Below are positions 36,017 to 47,056 of a stretch of 64,000 nucleotides of DNA, in pieces. Under the pieces are notes generated by a model, which did not search any database, had not been told where the DNA came from, and saw only the letters and a program-made list of their open reading frames with translations. The number at the start of each line of letters is the position of its first letter. Position 1 is the first letter of the stretch. The DNA is from an uncultured Actinomycetes bacterium (GTDB lineage: Bacteria; Actinomycetota; Thermoleophilia; UBA2241). The position numbers and the translations under genes were made by a program. Where the stretch lies: contig CAVYCN010000018.1 of NCBI GenBank assembly GCA_963767005.1, positions 80,823-144,822 on the forward strand. The letters are read 5' to 3'.

Positions 36017-37353
36017 ACCTTGGGCAGGCGTGTGTCGGGCCGCGCGAAGACCTCGCCGCTCATGAGCTCGACCCCCACGCGGCGCAGCGCCTTCAACTGG
36101 CGCACGCCGCCGACCTCGGGGGCGATCAGGCGGGCCTCGATGCGGGCCGCGAAGCGCAGCAGGAGCTGGACGATGTCCATGCAGGTCGGGTCGTCGGTCG
36201 CGCCGACGCTGATGACGGGGTCGATCGCCAGGTAGTCGGGCCGCGCCCTCGTGATCAGGTCGAAGGCGGTGAGGTGGCCACCGACCCCGGCGATGCAGAC
36301 CGGGAAGCCCATCTCACGCACCGGGCCGAGCACGCGCAGGGCCGATGCCGCGTTGCCGGCCACGTCGGCCATCTGCAGCTCGAACACGACGTGCTGGGGC
36401 ACGAGCGCCTGGTTCAACGAATAGAACTCGCTCAGCGCGTAGACCGCCGCCGCGGGCAGCTCGACCGACTCGCACGACAGCACGAGGAGGGCCTCGGGCC
36501 CGAGGCCGACCGCCTTGGTGACGGCGAGCTCGCGCGTCTCGATGCCGTAGCTCGACAGCAGGGCGGAGCGGCGCGCGACCTCGTCGAGCACGTCGGGCAG
36601 GCGCAGCGGCGAATAGAAGGGTCCGCGGATCGCCGTGTGATAGCCGATCACGCGGCGCTCGGCCACGTCGCAGATGGGCTCGAAGAGCGGCTCGAGGCTG
36701 TGGTTGGCGACGGCGTCGGCCAGGGTGCGCTCGAGATCCTCCTCGTAGAGCAGCCACTCGCGCTCGGCGGCCTGCATGGCCGCCGCCACGCCGCTCTGCA
36801 GCGACTGCTCGAAGGTGAGCTCGGCGTCGGCCTGCAGCACCGCCACCGTCACGAAGGGATGGACGCGGTCGAAGACGCCCGGCGCGAGGTCGTTCAGCAG
36901 CATGGACTGCAGGCGCTCGTACACGCGCCGGCTGATCGCGTTCAGGTCGTCGCGCACGATCTCCTTGGCGCGCCGCGGCGGCGAGAGCACGACGATGAAG
37001 GCGTTGTCGGACAGCGTGAAGTCGGCCAGCACGTCGAGCTTGCGCAGCGACGTGCCCACCATCTCCTGGAGGATGCTCGAGCAGGCGTCGAGCACGTCTG
37101 AGGTGATCTGCCAGCCGAAGACGCGCTCGAGGCGGCCGTAGCGCTTGAGCCCGACGTAGAGGATGGCGACCTCGCCGTGACGTTCGAGCTCGAGCCTGAT
37201 GTCGTCGGCGATGACGCTGAGCGAGGGCAGGGTCTTGGAGTCGTCGCTCACCAGGTTGCGCAGGTTGGTGCGCGCCTGGCGCGCAAAGCGCTCACTCGGC
37301 TCCTGGTCGATCAGGGTCCGCTCCGCTGCGAGCTCGTCGTCTGGCGCTGCCAT
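35989..37353 (-). CDS. Degenerate GGDEF-EAL domain protein
   Basis: FEPI...GYHTAIRG, VVFEL, PDYLAID and IAPEVG...GEVFARP trace an EAL fold; the N-terminal GGDEF-like region lacks GG(D/E)EF. Confidence 0.8.
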   Translation of the reverse strand: MAAPDDELAAERTLIDQEPSERFARQARTNLRNLVSDDSKTLPSLSVIADDIRLELERHGEVAILYVGLKRYGRLERVFGWQITSDVLDACSSILQEMVGTSLRKLDVLADFTLSDNAFIVVLSPPRRAKEIVRDDLNAISRRVYERLQSMLLNDLAPGVFDRVHPFVTVAVLQADAELTFEQSLQSGVAAAMQAAEREWLLYEEDLERTLADAVANHSLEPLFEPICDVAERRVIGYHTAIRGPFYSPLRLPDVLDEVARRSALLSSYGIETRELAVTKAVGLGPEALLVLSCESVELPAAAVYALSEFYSLNQALVPQHVVFELQMADVAGNAASALRVLGPVREMGFPVCIAGVGGHLTAFDLITRARPDYLAIDPVISVGATDDPTCMDIVQLLLRFAARIEARLIAPEVGGVRQLKALRRVGVELMSGEVFARPDTRLPKVRPAKLPSA

Positions 37354-37373
37354 GACCCCCCCTGCCGGTCGGC

Positions 37374-37763
37374 CTACCCGCCCTTGCCGGCCGACGACCT
37401 GGCGGCCGCGCCGCCCGCGCCGTCGCCCTGCGCCGCGCCGCCGCCCGCCTTGCCGCCGTCGGCTTTGCCGTCGCCCGCCTTGCCGCCGTCGGCCTTGCCG
37501 TCGCCCGAGGCCTTCGTGGCGCCGCCCTCGGAGGCGTCGCCGTCGCGCGACTTGCCGGCCTCGCCGGCGGGGCGCTTGCTGGAGCCGCGCCCGTAGTCGG
37601 TCGTGTAGAAGCCCGAGCCCTTGAAGTGGATGGCGACGGGGTGCAGGACTTTCGTCAGGTGCCCCCCGCAGACCTCGCAGGCCTCGAGGGGCTCGTCTGC
37701 GAACTTCTGGAAGGCTTCGACGGTGTGGCCGCACGCGTCACAGCGGTACTCGTAGATCGGCAA
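37374..37763 (-). CDS. FmdB family zinc-ribbon protein
   Basis: MPIYEYRCDACG...CEVCGG...FKGSGFYTTD with a low-complexity tail. Confidence 0.92.
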   Translation of the reverse strand: MPIYEYRCDACGHTVEAFQKFADEPLEACEVCGGHLTKVLHPVAIHFKGSGFYTTDYGRGSSKRPAGEAGKSRDGDASEGGATKASGDGKADGGKAGDGKADGGKAGGGAAQGDGAGGAAARSSAGKGG

Positions 37764-37895
37764 GAACCTGCTCCTGGCGTCGCTTCGAGCTCGGCTTTTC
37801 AGTCTAGCACAGGGCCGGGCGGCCCGACCGCCGCACCGCCGCGGCCGGTCCGACCGGCCCGGCGGCCGTGCGCGCTTGCGCGCCGGCCGCGTCGC

Positions 37896-38606
37896 TCAGG
37901 CGCCGGGACGGAAGGGCGGTACGTGCCCGGGAATGAGCAGGCTCGCTCCCCACGAGGCGATCGCCCTCCACGAGGCGGCGAGGACCGGATCGGCTCCCTC
38001 GTCGACACCGGCCGCCACGCGCTCGTACTCGTCGCGCGTCGGACCGATGGTGTCGCCGGCGAGCACGACGAGACCGTCGTCGGTCGCGACGCGGTAGCAC
38101 ACGCCGCCCGCGGTGTGGCCCGGCGTGCGAACCCAGGTGATGCCGGCGGCAAGCTCGCCCTCGTCGCCGCGCAGCAGCCGCAGCCGCTCGCGCGGCAGGA
38201 TGCCGGCCACCATGGGTCGGTCGGGGTCGTCGAGCTCGAGCTCGTGAACGACGACCGGCCCCGGCACGTCGGCGCACGCGCCGGCGTGGTCGAAATGGGC
38301 GTGGGTGAGCGCGATCAGGTCGAGGTCGTCGACGCCGAGGTCGCGGGCTTCGAGTGCCCTGATGACGGGTTCGTTCTGCAGGTGCATGCCAGGGTCGACG
38401 AGGATCGTCTGCGGACCGCGCAGCAGCACGGTGTTGGGGTACGTCGTCATGCCGACCACCGTGCGTGCCGCGGCGAGCTCCTGGTAGAGCGCCCAGGTCT
38501 CGGGCGAGCGGTGCTCGGGCAGCACCTCGACGCGCTCGCCGTCGGTCCAGAAGGCGAAGCGGACCGTCGGCAGCAGCAGCTCGACGCTGTAGACGGCCGT
38601 GGCCAT
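37896..38606 (-). CDS. Metallo-beta-lactamase fold hydrolase
   Basis: THAHFDHAG, TPGHT, AGD and IPGH motifs. Confidence 0.9.
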   Translation of the reverse strand: MATAVYSVELLLPTVRFAFWTDGERVEVLPEHRSPETWALYQELAAARTVVGMTTYPNTVLLRGPQTILVDPGMHLQNEPVIRALEARDLGVDDLDLIALTHAHFDHAGACADVPGPVVVHELELDDPDRPMVAGILPRERLRLLRGDEGELAAGITWVRTPGHTAGGVCYRVATDDGLVVLAGDTIGPTRDEYERVAAGVDEGADPVLAASWRAIASWGASLLIPGHVPPFRPGA

Positions 38607-39007
38607 CAGCCGGCCACGGGGCCGGCCGGGGCAGCCGGCGCGGCGCCGCTGTCGGTCTGCGCGTCGCGCGCGTAGATCGCGTCGACCCGCGCCAGGTTGA
38701 CGACCACGAACGGCGCGCTCTCGAGCAGCTCGCCGGTGGCGTGCCGGTAGATGCTCGCCCGCGAGAGCGTGAGGCGGCCATCGGAGATGTGGTGCAGGTG
38801 GTCGGAGGCGCGCCGCGAGGTGGCGCGGCCGCCGGTCCCGAAGTGCGCGTAGCCGACGATCTTGAGGTCGCCGCTGTAGGCGACCACCTCGAGCTCGAGG
38901 AACCCGATCTCGACCTTGAACTCATGCTCGGTGTCGCCGGCACGCACCATCACCGGCTCGTCGCCCTCTACCTTCTTGCCGTCGAACACGTAGAAGTCCA
39001 CGCTCAC
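38606..39007 (-). CDS. Conserved hypothetical protein
   Basis: High-GC codon usage, AAGGAG RBS, stop overlaps the MBL start codon. Confidence 0.65.
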   Translation of the reverse strand: MSVDFYVFDGKKVEGDEPVMVRAGDTEHEFKVEIGFLELEVVAYSGDLKIVGYAHFGTGGRATSRRASDHLHHISDGRLTLSRASIYRHATGELLESAPFVVVNLARVDAIYARDAQTDSGAAPAAPAGPVAG

Positions 39008-39075
39008 TCCTTGCCTTCGGAGCCCGCCGGGGGTCTCCCGCCGTGTGGCAGGAGGACGCCGGGCCGCCCGTCCGA

Positions 39076-39273
39076 TCAGTGCCCTTCGGTCTCTGTTTCG
39101 CCCGCGCGACAGGATTCTTGAGTACAGGGCGGCCCCGCAAAGGCGGAGAGCGTGCGTCCGCGACGCGCCGCGACCAGGCGCCGGTAGTGCAGACCGAGCA
39201 GCCGCGGCGTGAGGACGGCGCTCAGTGCGCCGCCGAGGATCGTGCCGACGAACACGGTGCGCAGGCGGGCCAT
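39076..39273 (-). CDS. Small membrane-anchored hypothetical protein (YtxH-like N-terminus)
   Basis: VFVGTILGGALSAVLTP hydrophobic motif; CATAAT -10 just upstream suggests a leaderless transcript. Confidence 0.5.
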   Translation of the reverse strand: MARLRTVFVGTILGGALSAVLTPRLLGLHYRRLVAARRGRTLSAFAGPPCTQESCRAGETETEGH

Positions 39274-39309
39274 GCGGCCATTATGACGGCGGCGCCGGGC
39301 CCGGACAAT

Positions 39310-39482
39310 GTCCCGCGATCGACTTCGTCGTCACGGCTCAGGCGTGCGTGACTACGTCGCGCGCCTAGTCCCGCGATCGCCTTCGTCGTCACGGCTCAGG
39401 CGTGCGTGACTACGTCGCGCGCCTAGTCCCGCGATCGACTTCGTCGTCACGGCTCAGGCGTGCGTGACTACGTCGCGCGCCT
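39310..39482. repeat. 58-bp palindromic tandem repeat, 3 copies
   Basis: Unit gtcccgcgatcgacttcgtcgtcacggctcaggcgtgcgtgactacgtcgcgcgccta at 39310, 39368 and 39426. Confidence 0.92.
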
Positions 39483-39486
39483 CGCG

Positions 39487-41919
39487 TCAGGCCTTGGCGA
39501 AGGCGAGCGCGCCGTCGGGGCCGGCGTCGACCGTGATCGTGTCGCCCTCGCTGAAGCGGCCGCGCAGCAGCTCGCTCGACAGCGGGTTCTCGACCAGGCG
39601 CTGGATCGCGCGCCGCAGCGGGCGCGCGCCGTAGGCCGTGTCGTAGCCCTCGTCCAAGATCCTGGCCTTGGCCGCCTCGGTCACCTCCAGGTGCATGCCC
39701 TGGCCTTCGACCAGGTCGCGCACGTGGGTGAGCAGCAGGTCGACGATGTGCTCGAGCTGGCCGCGGTCGAGCGGGTCGAACACGATGATCTCGTCGATGC
39801 GGTTGAGAAACTCGGGCCGGAACGTCTTGCGCAGCTCGTCGAGCAGGCGCTTCTCGAAGTCCTCGTGGCTCGGCGGCCCGCCGTCGCCGGGCGCGAAGCC
39901 GAGCGTGTTCTGGCGGATCAGGCTGCCGCCGACGTTGCTCGTCATGATGACGACCGTGTTCTTGAAGTCGACGGTGCGGCCCTTGTTGTCGGTCAGGCGG
40001 CCGTCGTCCAGGATCTGCAGCAGCGTGTTGAAGACGTCGGGGTGGGCCTTCTCGATCTCGTCGAAGAGCACCACGCTGTACGGCCTGCGGCGCACCGCCT
40101 CGGTGAGCTGGCCGCCCTCGTCGAAGCCCACGTAGCCGGGCGGCGAGCCGAACAGGCGCGACGTCGAGAACTTCTCGGTGTACTCGCTCATGTCGAGCCT
40201 GATCAGGGCGCTCTCGTCGTCGAACAGGAACTCGGCGAGCGCCCGCGCGAGCTCGGTCTTGCCCACGCCCGTCGGCCCCAGGAAGATGAACGAGCCGATC
40301 GGCCGCTTCGGGTCCTTCAAGCCGGCGCGCGCCCGGCGCACCGCCTCGGCGACCGCGACGACCGCCTGGTCCTGGCCGACCACGCGCTCGTGCAGGTGGC
40401 CCTCCATCTCGAGCAGCTTGTCGGCCTCTTCCTGCAGCATGCGCTGCACGGGGATGCCGGTCCACGAGCTCACGATCTCGGCGATGTCGTCGGCGTCGAC
40501 CGTGGCGTCGGCGATGCCCTTGGCGGCCAGCCAGACGTTCTTGGCCTCGACGAAGGTCTGCTGGATCTTGTCGGTCTGCTCCTTGAGCTGGGCCGCCTTC
40601 TCGTAGTCCTGGGCCTGGACGGCGGCGGCGCCCTCGCGCGACAGCTCGTTCATGCGCAGCTCCATGTCGCGCAGGTCGGGCGGCAGCATCGTCGACTCGA
40701 TGCGCAGCTTGCTGGCCGCCTCGTCGAGGAGGTCGATCGCCTTGTCGGGCAGGAACCGGTCGCTGATGTAGCGGTCGGACAGCCGGGCCGCCTCGGCCAG
40801 CGCCTCGTCGGTGATGCTCACCTTGTGGTGAGCCTCGTACTTGTCGCGCAGGCCGTGGAGGATAGCGATCGTCTGCTCGACGGTCGGCTCGCCCACGAGG
40901 ATCGGCTGGAAGCGGCGCTCGAGGGCCGAGTCCTTCTCGATGTGCTCGCGGTACTCGTCGAGCGTGGTCGCCCCGACGCACTGCAGCTCGCCGCGGGCCA
41001 GCATCGGCTTCATCAGGTTCGAGGCGTCGATCGCGCCCTCGGCCGCGCCGGCGCCGACCACGTTGTGCAGCTCGTCGATGAACAGCACGACGTCCTTGGC
41101 GCGCTGCACCTCGTCGAGCGCGCCCTTCAGGCGCTCCTCGAACTCGCCGCGATACTTGGCGCCGGCGACCATGGCGCCGAGGTCGAGGCCGAGCACGCGC
41201 CTGTCGCGCAGGATCTCGGGCACGTCGCCGGCCACGATCTTCTGAGCCAGACCCTCGGCGATCGCCGTCTTGCCCACGCCCGGCTCGCCGATCAGCGCCG
41301 GATTGTTCTTGGTGCGCCGCGACAGCACCTGGATGACGCGCTTGATCTCGTCGTCGCGGCCGATCACCGGGTCGAGCTTGTCCTCGCGCGCCGCCTGCGT
41401 GAGGTCGCGGGTGTACTTCTTGAGCATGCTCTCGCCGGTCGCGCTGCCCTCGTAGTCGACGCCGCTGCTGCGCACCTGGGCCAGGGCCTGGCGCAGGCGC
41501 TCCTCGGTCATGCCGAGGTCCTTGAGGATGGCGCTACCGGGTCCCTCGCCCTCGAGGAAGATGCCGAGCAGCAGGTGCTCGGTGCCGACGAACTCGTCGC
41601 CCAGCTTCTGCGCCTCCTGCACGGCGATGTCGAGCGCCGCCTTGGCGCGCGGCGTCATGTAGAGCATGCCCTCGGGCACGGCGCCGGGCGGGCCCGAGCC
41701 GACCGGCTGGTTCTGGGCGAACTGGTTGGCGCGCGTCATCGCCGCGCCCTTCTCGACGCCGAGCGCGTTCAGGACCTGCTCGACGACGCCGCCGGGCAGG
41801 CTGAGCACGCCGATCAGGAGGTGCTCCGTACCCAGCATGTTGCCGGGGCCGCGGCGCACCACGCCCTGCGCGGTCTCGAGCGCCTCGCGCGCCCGCTCTG
41901 AGAACTTGCTCACGTCCAT
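39487..41919 (-). CDS. clpC: ATP-dependent Clp protease ATP-binding subunit, ClpC type
   Basis: Clp N-domain, two AAA+ modules ([16 protein letters not shown]), short middle coiled coil and an LGF ClpP-docking loop. Confidence 0.88.
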   Translation of the reverse strand: MDVSKFSERAREALETAQGVVRRGPGNMLGTEHLLIGVLSLPGGVVEQVLNALGVEKGAAMTRANQFAQNQPVGSGPPGAVPEGMLYMTPRAKAALDIAVQEAQKLGDEFVGTEHLLLGIFLEGEGPGSAILKDLGMTEERLRQALAQVRSSGVDYEGSATGESMLKKYTRDLTQAAREDKLDPVIGRDDEIKRVIQVLSRRTKNNPALIGEPGVGKTAIAEGLAQKIVAGDVPEILRDRRVLGLDLGAMVAGAKYRGEFEERLKGALDEVQRAKDVVLFIDELHNVVGAGAAEGAIDASNLMKPMLARGELQCVGATTLDEYREHIEKDSALERRFQPILVGEPTVEQTIAILHGLRDKYEAHHKVSITDEALAEAARLSDRYISDRFLPDKAIDLLDEAASKLRIESTMLPPDLRDMELRMNELSREGAAAVQAQDYEKAAQLKEQTDKIQQTFVEAKNVWLAAKGIADATVDADDIAEIVSSWTGIPVQRMLQEEADKLLEMEGHLHERVVGQDQAVVAVAEAVRRARAGLKDPKRPIGSFIFLGPTGVGKTELARALAEFLFDDESALIRLDMSEYTEKFSTSRLFGSPPGYVGFDEGGQLTEAVRRRPYSVVLFDEIEKAHPDVFNTLLQILDDGRLTDNKGRTVDFKNTVVIMTSNVGGSLIRQNTLGFAPGDGGPPSHEDFEKRLLDELRKTFRPEFLNRIDEIIVFDPLDRGQLEHIVDLLLTHVRDLVEGQGMHLEVTEAAKARILDEGYDTAYGARPLRRAIQRLVENPLSSELLRGRFSEGDTITVDAGPDGALAFAKA

Positions 41920-41992
41920 GTCGTCGTCCTTCGCTTGTGATGCCTGTGATGGGAGCCGGCCACCCGCGCCGCCGGCCGTCCGGCCGGCCGCC

Positions 41993-42406
41993 TCACGGCT
42001 GCCGGCGGCGCTTGCCGACGCGCACGATGGCCATGCGGCTCACCGGCACGAGGTCGCGGCGCGCCGCGCGCTCGGCGCTGCGCAGCTGCGCGCGCAGGTC
42101 GTCGGCGGCGTGCAGCAGCGCGGCCTCGAGCTCCGCGACCCGCTCGTGCATGGCAGCCACCTGCTCTTCGAGGGCCAGCACGCGCTCGACCCCGGCCAGG
42201 TTCAGGCCCAGGTCGGTCAGCTCCTGGATGCGCTGCAGCCGGGCCACGTCGGCCTGCGAGTAGAGTCGCGTGTTCTTGGCCGAGCGGCGCGGCTGCAGGA
42301 GCCCGCGCCGCTCGTACAGGCGCAGGGTCTGCGGATGCATCGCGGCCAGCTCGGCCGCGATCGAGATCATGAAGAGCGGTCGCGTGGGGTCGTCACGTTG
42401 CGGCAT
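41993..42406 (-). CDS. hspR: Heat-shock repressor HspR (MerR family)
   Basis: FMISIAAELAAMHPQTLRLYERRGLLQP...RLYS...GLNLAGV; located in the dnaK operon. Confidence 0.93.
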   Translation of the reverse strand: MPQRDDPTRPLFMISIAAELAAMHPQTLRLYERRGLLQPRRSAKNTRLYSQADVARLQRIQELTDLGLNLAGVERVLALEEQVAAMHERVAELEAALLHAADDLRAQLRSAERAARRDLVPVSRMAIVRVGKRRRQP

Positions 42407-42436
42407 CGCGCCTCACCTGCGTTTCCGTCCTCTTGG

Positions 42437-43573
42437 TCACACCATCCCGAAGCGCGCCTCGCGCGGGTCGGCCTCGGTCCGGCCGAGCTCCTCGGCCAGA
42501 CGCTTCTGTTCCTTGCTCAGCTTGGCCGGCACCACCAGGTGCACGCGCGCCAGCAGGTCGCCGTTGCCGCCGCCCCGCAGGCGCGGCGCGCCCTTGCCCC
42601 GCACACGGAGCGTGCGGCCGTCGGCGCTGCCCGGCGGCACCTTGAGCGACACCCTGCCGCCACCCGGCGTCGGGATGCGCGCGGTCACACCCAGCATGGC
42701 CTCGGACACGGTCACTGGCACCTCGATCACGAGGTCGTCGCCGCGGCGCTCGAAGAGCTCCGAGTCCTCGACGTGCACGACCACGTACAGGTCACCGGAC
42801 GGTCCGCCGGCGGCGCCGGCCTCGCCCTTGCCCTTGAGCCGGATCTTCGTGCCCTCTTTGGCGCCGGCAGGGATCTTCACGGCGTAGCGCCGCGTCTGGC
42901 GCGTGATGCCGCTGCCGTGGCAGGTCGGACAGGGCGTGTCGATCACGGTGCCGTTGCCGTGACAGCGCGGGCAGGGCACCGAGATCGCAAAGGGGCCCTG
43001 GTTCTGGGCGAGCACGCCGCGCCCCTGGCACTCGGGGCAGATCTTGGCCGTCGTGCCGGGCGCCGCGCCCGAGCCGTGACAGGTCGGGCAGGGGCCGTTG
43101 GTGTCGACCGGCACGCGCACCTGCGCGCCCTGCAGCGAATCGTCGAACGAGATCGTGACTGCGGCCTGCAGGTCGGCGCCGCGCTGTGCCCCGCCGCGCC
43201 CGCCGCCGCGACGGCCGCCCTGGCCCATGCCGCCGCCGAACAGGTTCGAGAGGATGTCGCCGAAGTCGCCCATCTGGAAGGTCTGGGCGCCGCCGAACAT
43301 GCTGGGGTCGAAGCCCTGGAAACCGCCTTGACCCGGCCGCCCGGTGCGCGGGTCGAAGGCCCCGAGGCGCAGCATCTCGTCGTAGTGCTTGCGCTTGTCG
43401 GGGTCGGAGAGCGTCTCGTAGGCCTCGCCTACCTCCTTGAACTTCTCCTCGGCGCCCTTGTCGCCCGCGTTCGCGTCGGGGTGGTACTTGCGTGCCAGCT
43501 TGCGGAACGCCTTGCGAACGTCGTCCTGCGAGGCGCCGCGCGGCACGCCGAGCGTCTGATAGAAGTCGGCCAT
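42437..43573 (-). CDS. dnaJ: Chaperone DnaJ
   Basis: J-domain HPD, G/F-rich region and four CxxCxGxG repeats. Confidence 0.96.
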   Translation of the reverse strand: MADFYQTLGVPRGASQDDVRKAFRKLARKYHPDANAGDKGAEEKFKEVGEAYETLSDPDKRKHYDEMLRLGAFDPRTGRPGQGGFQGFDPSMFGGAQTFQMGDFGDILSNLFGGGMGQGGRRGGGRGGAQRGADLQAAVTISFDDSLQGAQVRVPVDTNGPCPTCHGSGAAPGTTAKICPECQGRGVLAQNQGPFAISVPCPRCHGNGTVIDTPCPTCHGSGITRQTRRYAVKIPAGAKEGTKIRLKGKGEAGAAGGPSGDLYVVVHVEDSELFERRGDDLVIEVPVTVSEAMLGVTARIPTPGGGRVSLKVPPGSADGRTLRVRGKGAPRLRGGGNGDLLARVHLVVPAKLSKEQKRLAEELGRTEADPREARFGMV

Positions 43574-43574
43574 C

Positions 43575-44192
43575 CTACCTCGCCACGATCACTCTGGCCG
43601 GCCGCAGCAGGCGGCCGTGCAGCAGATACCCCGCCTCGAGCACGGCCACGATCGCACCCTCCGAGTACTCGTCGGACTCCTGGGCGACGACCGCCTCGTG
43701 GACGTTGGGGTCGAACGGCAGGCCGGGGGCGGCCGGCACCTCATCGAGGCCGTGACCCTCGAGCACCGAGCGCAACTGCCCGGAGACGATCTCCACGCCC
43801 TTGATCAGTTGCCCTTCCTCGTGCTGCTCCGCCGCCTCGAGCGTGCGCGCCATGTTGTCGAGCACCGGCAGCAGCGACTCGATCACGCCCTCGCCGGCGC
43901 GCAGCACCAGGGCCTCGTTGTCGCGCTGCACGCGCTTGCGATAGTTCTCGAACTCGGCCTTGAGGCGCTGCAGGTGGTCGAGGTACTGGTCGCGCTCCGC
44001 GGTGGCGCGCGCGAGCTCGACGGCCGACGGCGCGGCGCCGGCTTCGGTCGGGACCGCGGCCGCCGCGGCGGCTTCGGCGCCGGCGCTCGCGGGCGCGGCT
44101 GCCGCCGGGTCGGGCGCCCCCGGGCGAGCGCCGGCGTCGTCGCCGCGCTTCGCCTGGGTGCGCCGATCCTTCTTGTCGTGCGGAGTCGTCAT
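43575..44192 (-). CDS. grpE: Nucleotide exchange factor GrpE
   Basis: [25 protein letters not shown] and GY...RLLRPARV; ends in TAG. Confidence 0.95.
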   Translation of the reverse strand: MTTPHDKKDRRTQAKRGDDAGARPGAPDPAAAAPASAGAEAAAAAAVPTEAGAAPSAVELARATAERDQYLDHLQRLKAEFENYRKRVQRDNEALVLRAGEGVIESLLPVLDNMARTLEAAEQHEEGQLIKGVEIVSGQLRSVLEGHGLDEVPAAPGLPFDPNVHEAVVAQESDEYSEGAIVAVLEAGYLLHGRLLRPARVIVAR

Positions 44193-44343
44193 CGTCTGGT
44201 CGCCCTTTGTCGTCGTCGCCTGGTTGTCGTCTGCCTCGTCGGCTTGCTCCCGTTCGCCGAGTCCCGGTGGGGCGCCGGCGAGGTACGCGGCCCGGCGGGC
44301 GTCGCCCGCCGGGCCGCGCGTGGCGCCGGCGCCGCGTGCGTGA

Positions 44344-44808
44344 TCAGTCCGCCGCCGAGGCCGTGGTCGCCTCGACCGTGGGGCGCACCGACCTGACCTC
44401 GATGCGCTTCGGCTTCTGCTCGTCGGTCTTGGGCACCGTCACCTGCAGGACGCCGTCCTCGTAGGTGGCCTGGATATCGTCGGCCTTGACGCCCTGTGGC
44501 AGGGCGAGGCTCCGCTGGAACGAGCCGTAGCGCCGCTCCACGCGGTAGTAGCGCTCCTGGTCGACCTTCTCCTCGAAGCTGCGCTCGCCCTTGATGGTGA
44601 GCACGTTGTCGTCGACTTCGATCTGGATGTCGTCGATCTTCATGCCGGGCAGCTCGGCCTTGAGCACGACGGCGTCTTTTGCGTCGAACACGTCGACCGC
44701 CGGTACCCAGCTCTCCTTCTGCCCCGACCACAGCGAGTCGGCCAGCCGGTTCACCTGGTTCTGCAGCGTGGTCATCTCACGGAAGGGGTCCCACCTGATG
44801 ATCGCCAT
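44344..44808 (-). CDS. Small heat-shock protein Hsp20/alpha-crystallin family
   Basis: MAIIRWDPFRE...AELPG...LTIKGER...ERRYGSFQRSL...YEDGVLQVTVPK. Confidence 0.95.
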   Translation of the reverse strand: MAIIRWDPFREMTTLQNQVNRLADSLWSGQKESWVPAVDVFDAKDAVVLKAELPGMKIDDIQIEVDDNVLTIKGERSFEEKVDQERYYRVERRYGSFQRSLALPQGVKADDIQATYEDGVLQVTVPKTDEQKPKRIEVRSVRPTVEATTASAAD

Positions 44809-44935
44809 TGTGCCGTCGCTCCTTCCTGGTCTCGTCCACCGGCTCCCGTGACCCGGCGGCACTCGACCTTCGTCTGGTGCCTTCCGGCGCTTCGTGACGC
44901 GCGTCGCCGGGGCGCACGCGACCGTGTCGCCGGCC

Positions 44936-46837
44936 TTACTTCTGGTCGTCGTCGATGACCTCGTAGTCGCCCTCTTCGACGTTCTCGTCGCCGGTCGGGC
45001 CGGTGGCCCCGCCGTCGCCCGTGGGCGGCGTCTGCTGCTGGGCCTGCTGGTAGATCGCCTCGGCCAGCTTGTGTGATGCCTGCATGAGGGCGTCGGTCTT
45101 GGCTTTGATGTCGTCGACGTTGTCGGAGTCGAGCGCCGTGCGCACGGCCGCCGCCGCCGATTCGATCTCGGTGCGTGTGGCCTGATCGACACGGTCGCCC
45201 ATCTCGCGCAGCGACTTCTCGGTCGAGTACACGAGGTTCTCGGCGTTGTTCTTGACCTCGGCCACGTCGCGCAGCCTGCGGTCTTCCTCGGCGTGCGACT
45301 CGGCGTCTTTCATCATGCCTTCGATGTCCTGCTCGGACAGGCCGCTCGACGCCGTGATCGTGATCTTCTGCTCGTTGCCGGTGCCGAGGTCCTTGGCGCT
45401 CACGTGCACGATGCCGTTGGCGTCGATGTCGAAGGCGACCTCGACCTGTGGGATGCCCCGCGGCGCCGGCGGGATGCCGACGAGCTGGAACTTGCCGAGC
45501 GTCTTGTTGTAGCGCGCCATGTCGCGCTCGCCCTGCAGGACGTGGATCTCGACGCTCGTCTGGTTGTCCTCGGCGGTCGAGAAGATCTCGCTCTTCTTGG
45601 TCGGGATCGTCGTGTTGCGCTCGATCAGGCGCGTGAACACGCCGCCCTTGGTCTCGATGCCCAGCGACAGCGGCGTGACGTCGAGCAGCAGCACGTCCTT
45701 GACCTCGCCGGCCAGCACGCCGCCCTGGATGCCGGCGCCCACGGCCACGACCTCGTCGGGATTGACGCCTTTGTGGGGATCCTTGCCGATCAGGTCGCGC
45801 ACCTTGTCCTGCACCGCCGGCACACGCGTCATGCCGCCGACCAGGATCACGTGGTCGATCTTGTCGGGCGACAGGTTGGCGTCGGAGAGTGCCTGCTTGA
45901 CGGGGCCGACCACGCGGTCGACCAGGGTCGCCGTGAGCTCGTTGAACTTGGCCCGCGTGAGGTTCAGGTCGAGGTGCTTGGGGCCGTTCTCGTCGGCGCT
46001 GATGAACGGCAGATTGACGTTGCTGCTCATCGTGGTCGAGAGCTCGATCTTGGCCTTCTCGGCGGCCTCGTAGAGGCGCTGCAGGGCCATCTTGTCCTTG
46101 CTCAGGTCGATGCCGTTGTCGCGCTTGAACTCGGCCACCATCCAGTCGACGACCGCCTTGTCGAAGTTGTCGCCGCCGAGGTGGGTGTCGCCGTTGGTCG
46201 ACTTGACCTCGAAGACCCCGTCGCCGAGGTCGAGGATCGAGACGTCGAAGGTGCCGCCGCCCAGGTCGAACACGAGGATGGTCTGGTCGTGCTCCTTGTC
46301 GAGGCCATAGGCGAGCGCGGCCGCGGTGGGCTCGTTGATGATGCGCTTGATCTCGATGCCGGCGATCTTGCCGGCATCCTTGGTGGCCTGGCGCTGCGAG
46401 TCGTTGAAGTAGGCCGGGACGGTGACGACCGCCTCGTTCACCTTCTCGCCGAGATACTCCTCGGCGTCGCGGCGCAGCTTCTGCAGGATCATCGCCGAGA
46501 TCTCGGGCGGCGAGTAGAGCTTGCCCTGGATGTCGACCGACGCGTCGCCGTTGGGGGCGGCCACCACCTTGTAGGGCACGATCTTCATCTCTTCGGAGAC
46601 GTCGCCGTACTTGCGGCCCATGAAGCGCTTGATCGAGAAGACGGTGTTCTCGGGGTTGGTGACCGCCTGGCGGCGGGCGACCGTGCCCACGAGGCGCTCC
46701 CCGCTCTTGGAGAAGGCCACCACCGACGGTGTGGTGCGACCGCCTTCGGAGTTCGGGATGACCGTGGGTTCACCACCCTCGAGGACGCTCACGCAACTGA
46801 ACGTCGTCCCCAGGTCGATACCGATCACTTTGGCCAT
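44936..46837 (-). CDS. dnaK: Chaperone DnaK
   Basis: [30 protein letters not shown] and VNPDEVVA. Confidence 0.98.
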   Translation of the reverse strand: MAKVIGIDLGTTFSCVSVLEGGEPTVIPNSEGGRTTPSVVAFSKSGERLVGTVARRQAVTNPENTVFSIKRFMGRKYGDVSEEMKIVPYKVVAAPNGDASVDIQGKLYSPPEISAMILQKLRRDAEEYLGEKVNEAVVTVPAYFNDSQRQATKDAGKIAGIEIKRIINEPTAAALAYGLDKEHDQTILVFDLGGGTFDVSILDLGDGVFEVKSTNGDTHLGGDNFDKAVVDWMVAEFKRDNGIDLSKDKMALQRLYEAAEKAKIELSTTMSSNVNLPFISADENGPKHLDLNLTRAKFNELTATLVDRVVGPVKQALSDANLSPDKIDHVILVGGMTRVPAVQDKVRDLIGKDPHKGVNPDEVVAVGAGIQGGVLAGEVKDVLLLDVTPLSLGIETKGGVFTRLIERNTTIPTKKSEIFSTAEDNQTSVEIHVLQGERDMARYNKTLGKFQLVGIPPAPRGIPQVEVAFDIDANGIVHVSAKDLGTGNEQKITITASSGLSEQDIEGMMKDAESHAEEDRRLRDVAEVKNNAENLVYSTEKSLREMGDRVDQATRTEIESAAAAVRTALDSDNVDDIKAKTDALMQASHKLAEAIYQQAQQQTPPTGDGGATGPTGDENVEEGDYEVIDDDQK

Positions 46838-46870
46838 TCGTCTGCCTCCTTGGCGTTCTTCCAATCGTAG

Positions 46871-46913
46871 TGGAGTCCAGAGGGATAATAAAATGTGAGT
46901 GTATGCTTGTCAA
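46871..46913 (-). promoter_or_regulatory. dnaK promoter with overlapping HAIR-like HspR operators
   Basis: -35 TTGACA (46908-46913), 17 bp, -10 TATTAT (46885-46890); TTGACA-N7-ACTCAC and a second N7-ACTCCA resemble the HAIR consensus CTTGAGT-N7-ACTCAAG. Confidence 0.8.
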
Positions 46914-47056
46914 CTTTGTACCCGTTGCCACCGACCACAAACCCGGGTCGTGAGCGCCCCCGAGCGCCGGCAACGAGGCTCCGGTCGGGCCGTGCCGCGC
47001 TGCGCCGACCGAGCAAGTGAGAGGTCTTGAGCCCCTCTCGATAGAATGTGTCCGGC

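Noticed and set aside
37430-37510. Short repeats (gccttgccgccgtcg) as a regulatory array
   Set aside because: They simply encode the low-complexity DGKADGGKAG tail of the FmdB-family protein.
39310-39482. CRISPR array
   Set aside because: The units are contiguous with no unique spacers, and there are no cas genes in the window.
43575-43577. Amber read-through fusing grpE to dnaJ
   Set aside because: dnaJ starts 1 nt after the TAG in a different frame, so this is an ordinary stop.
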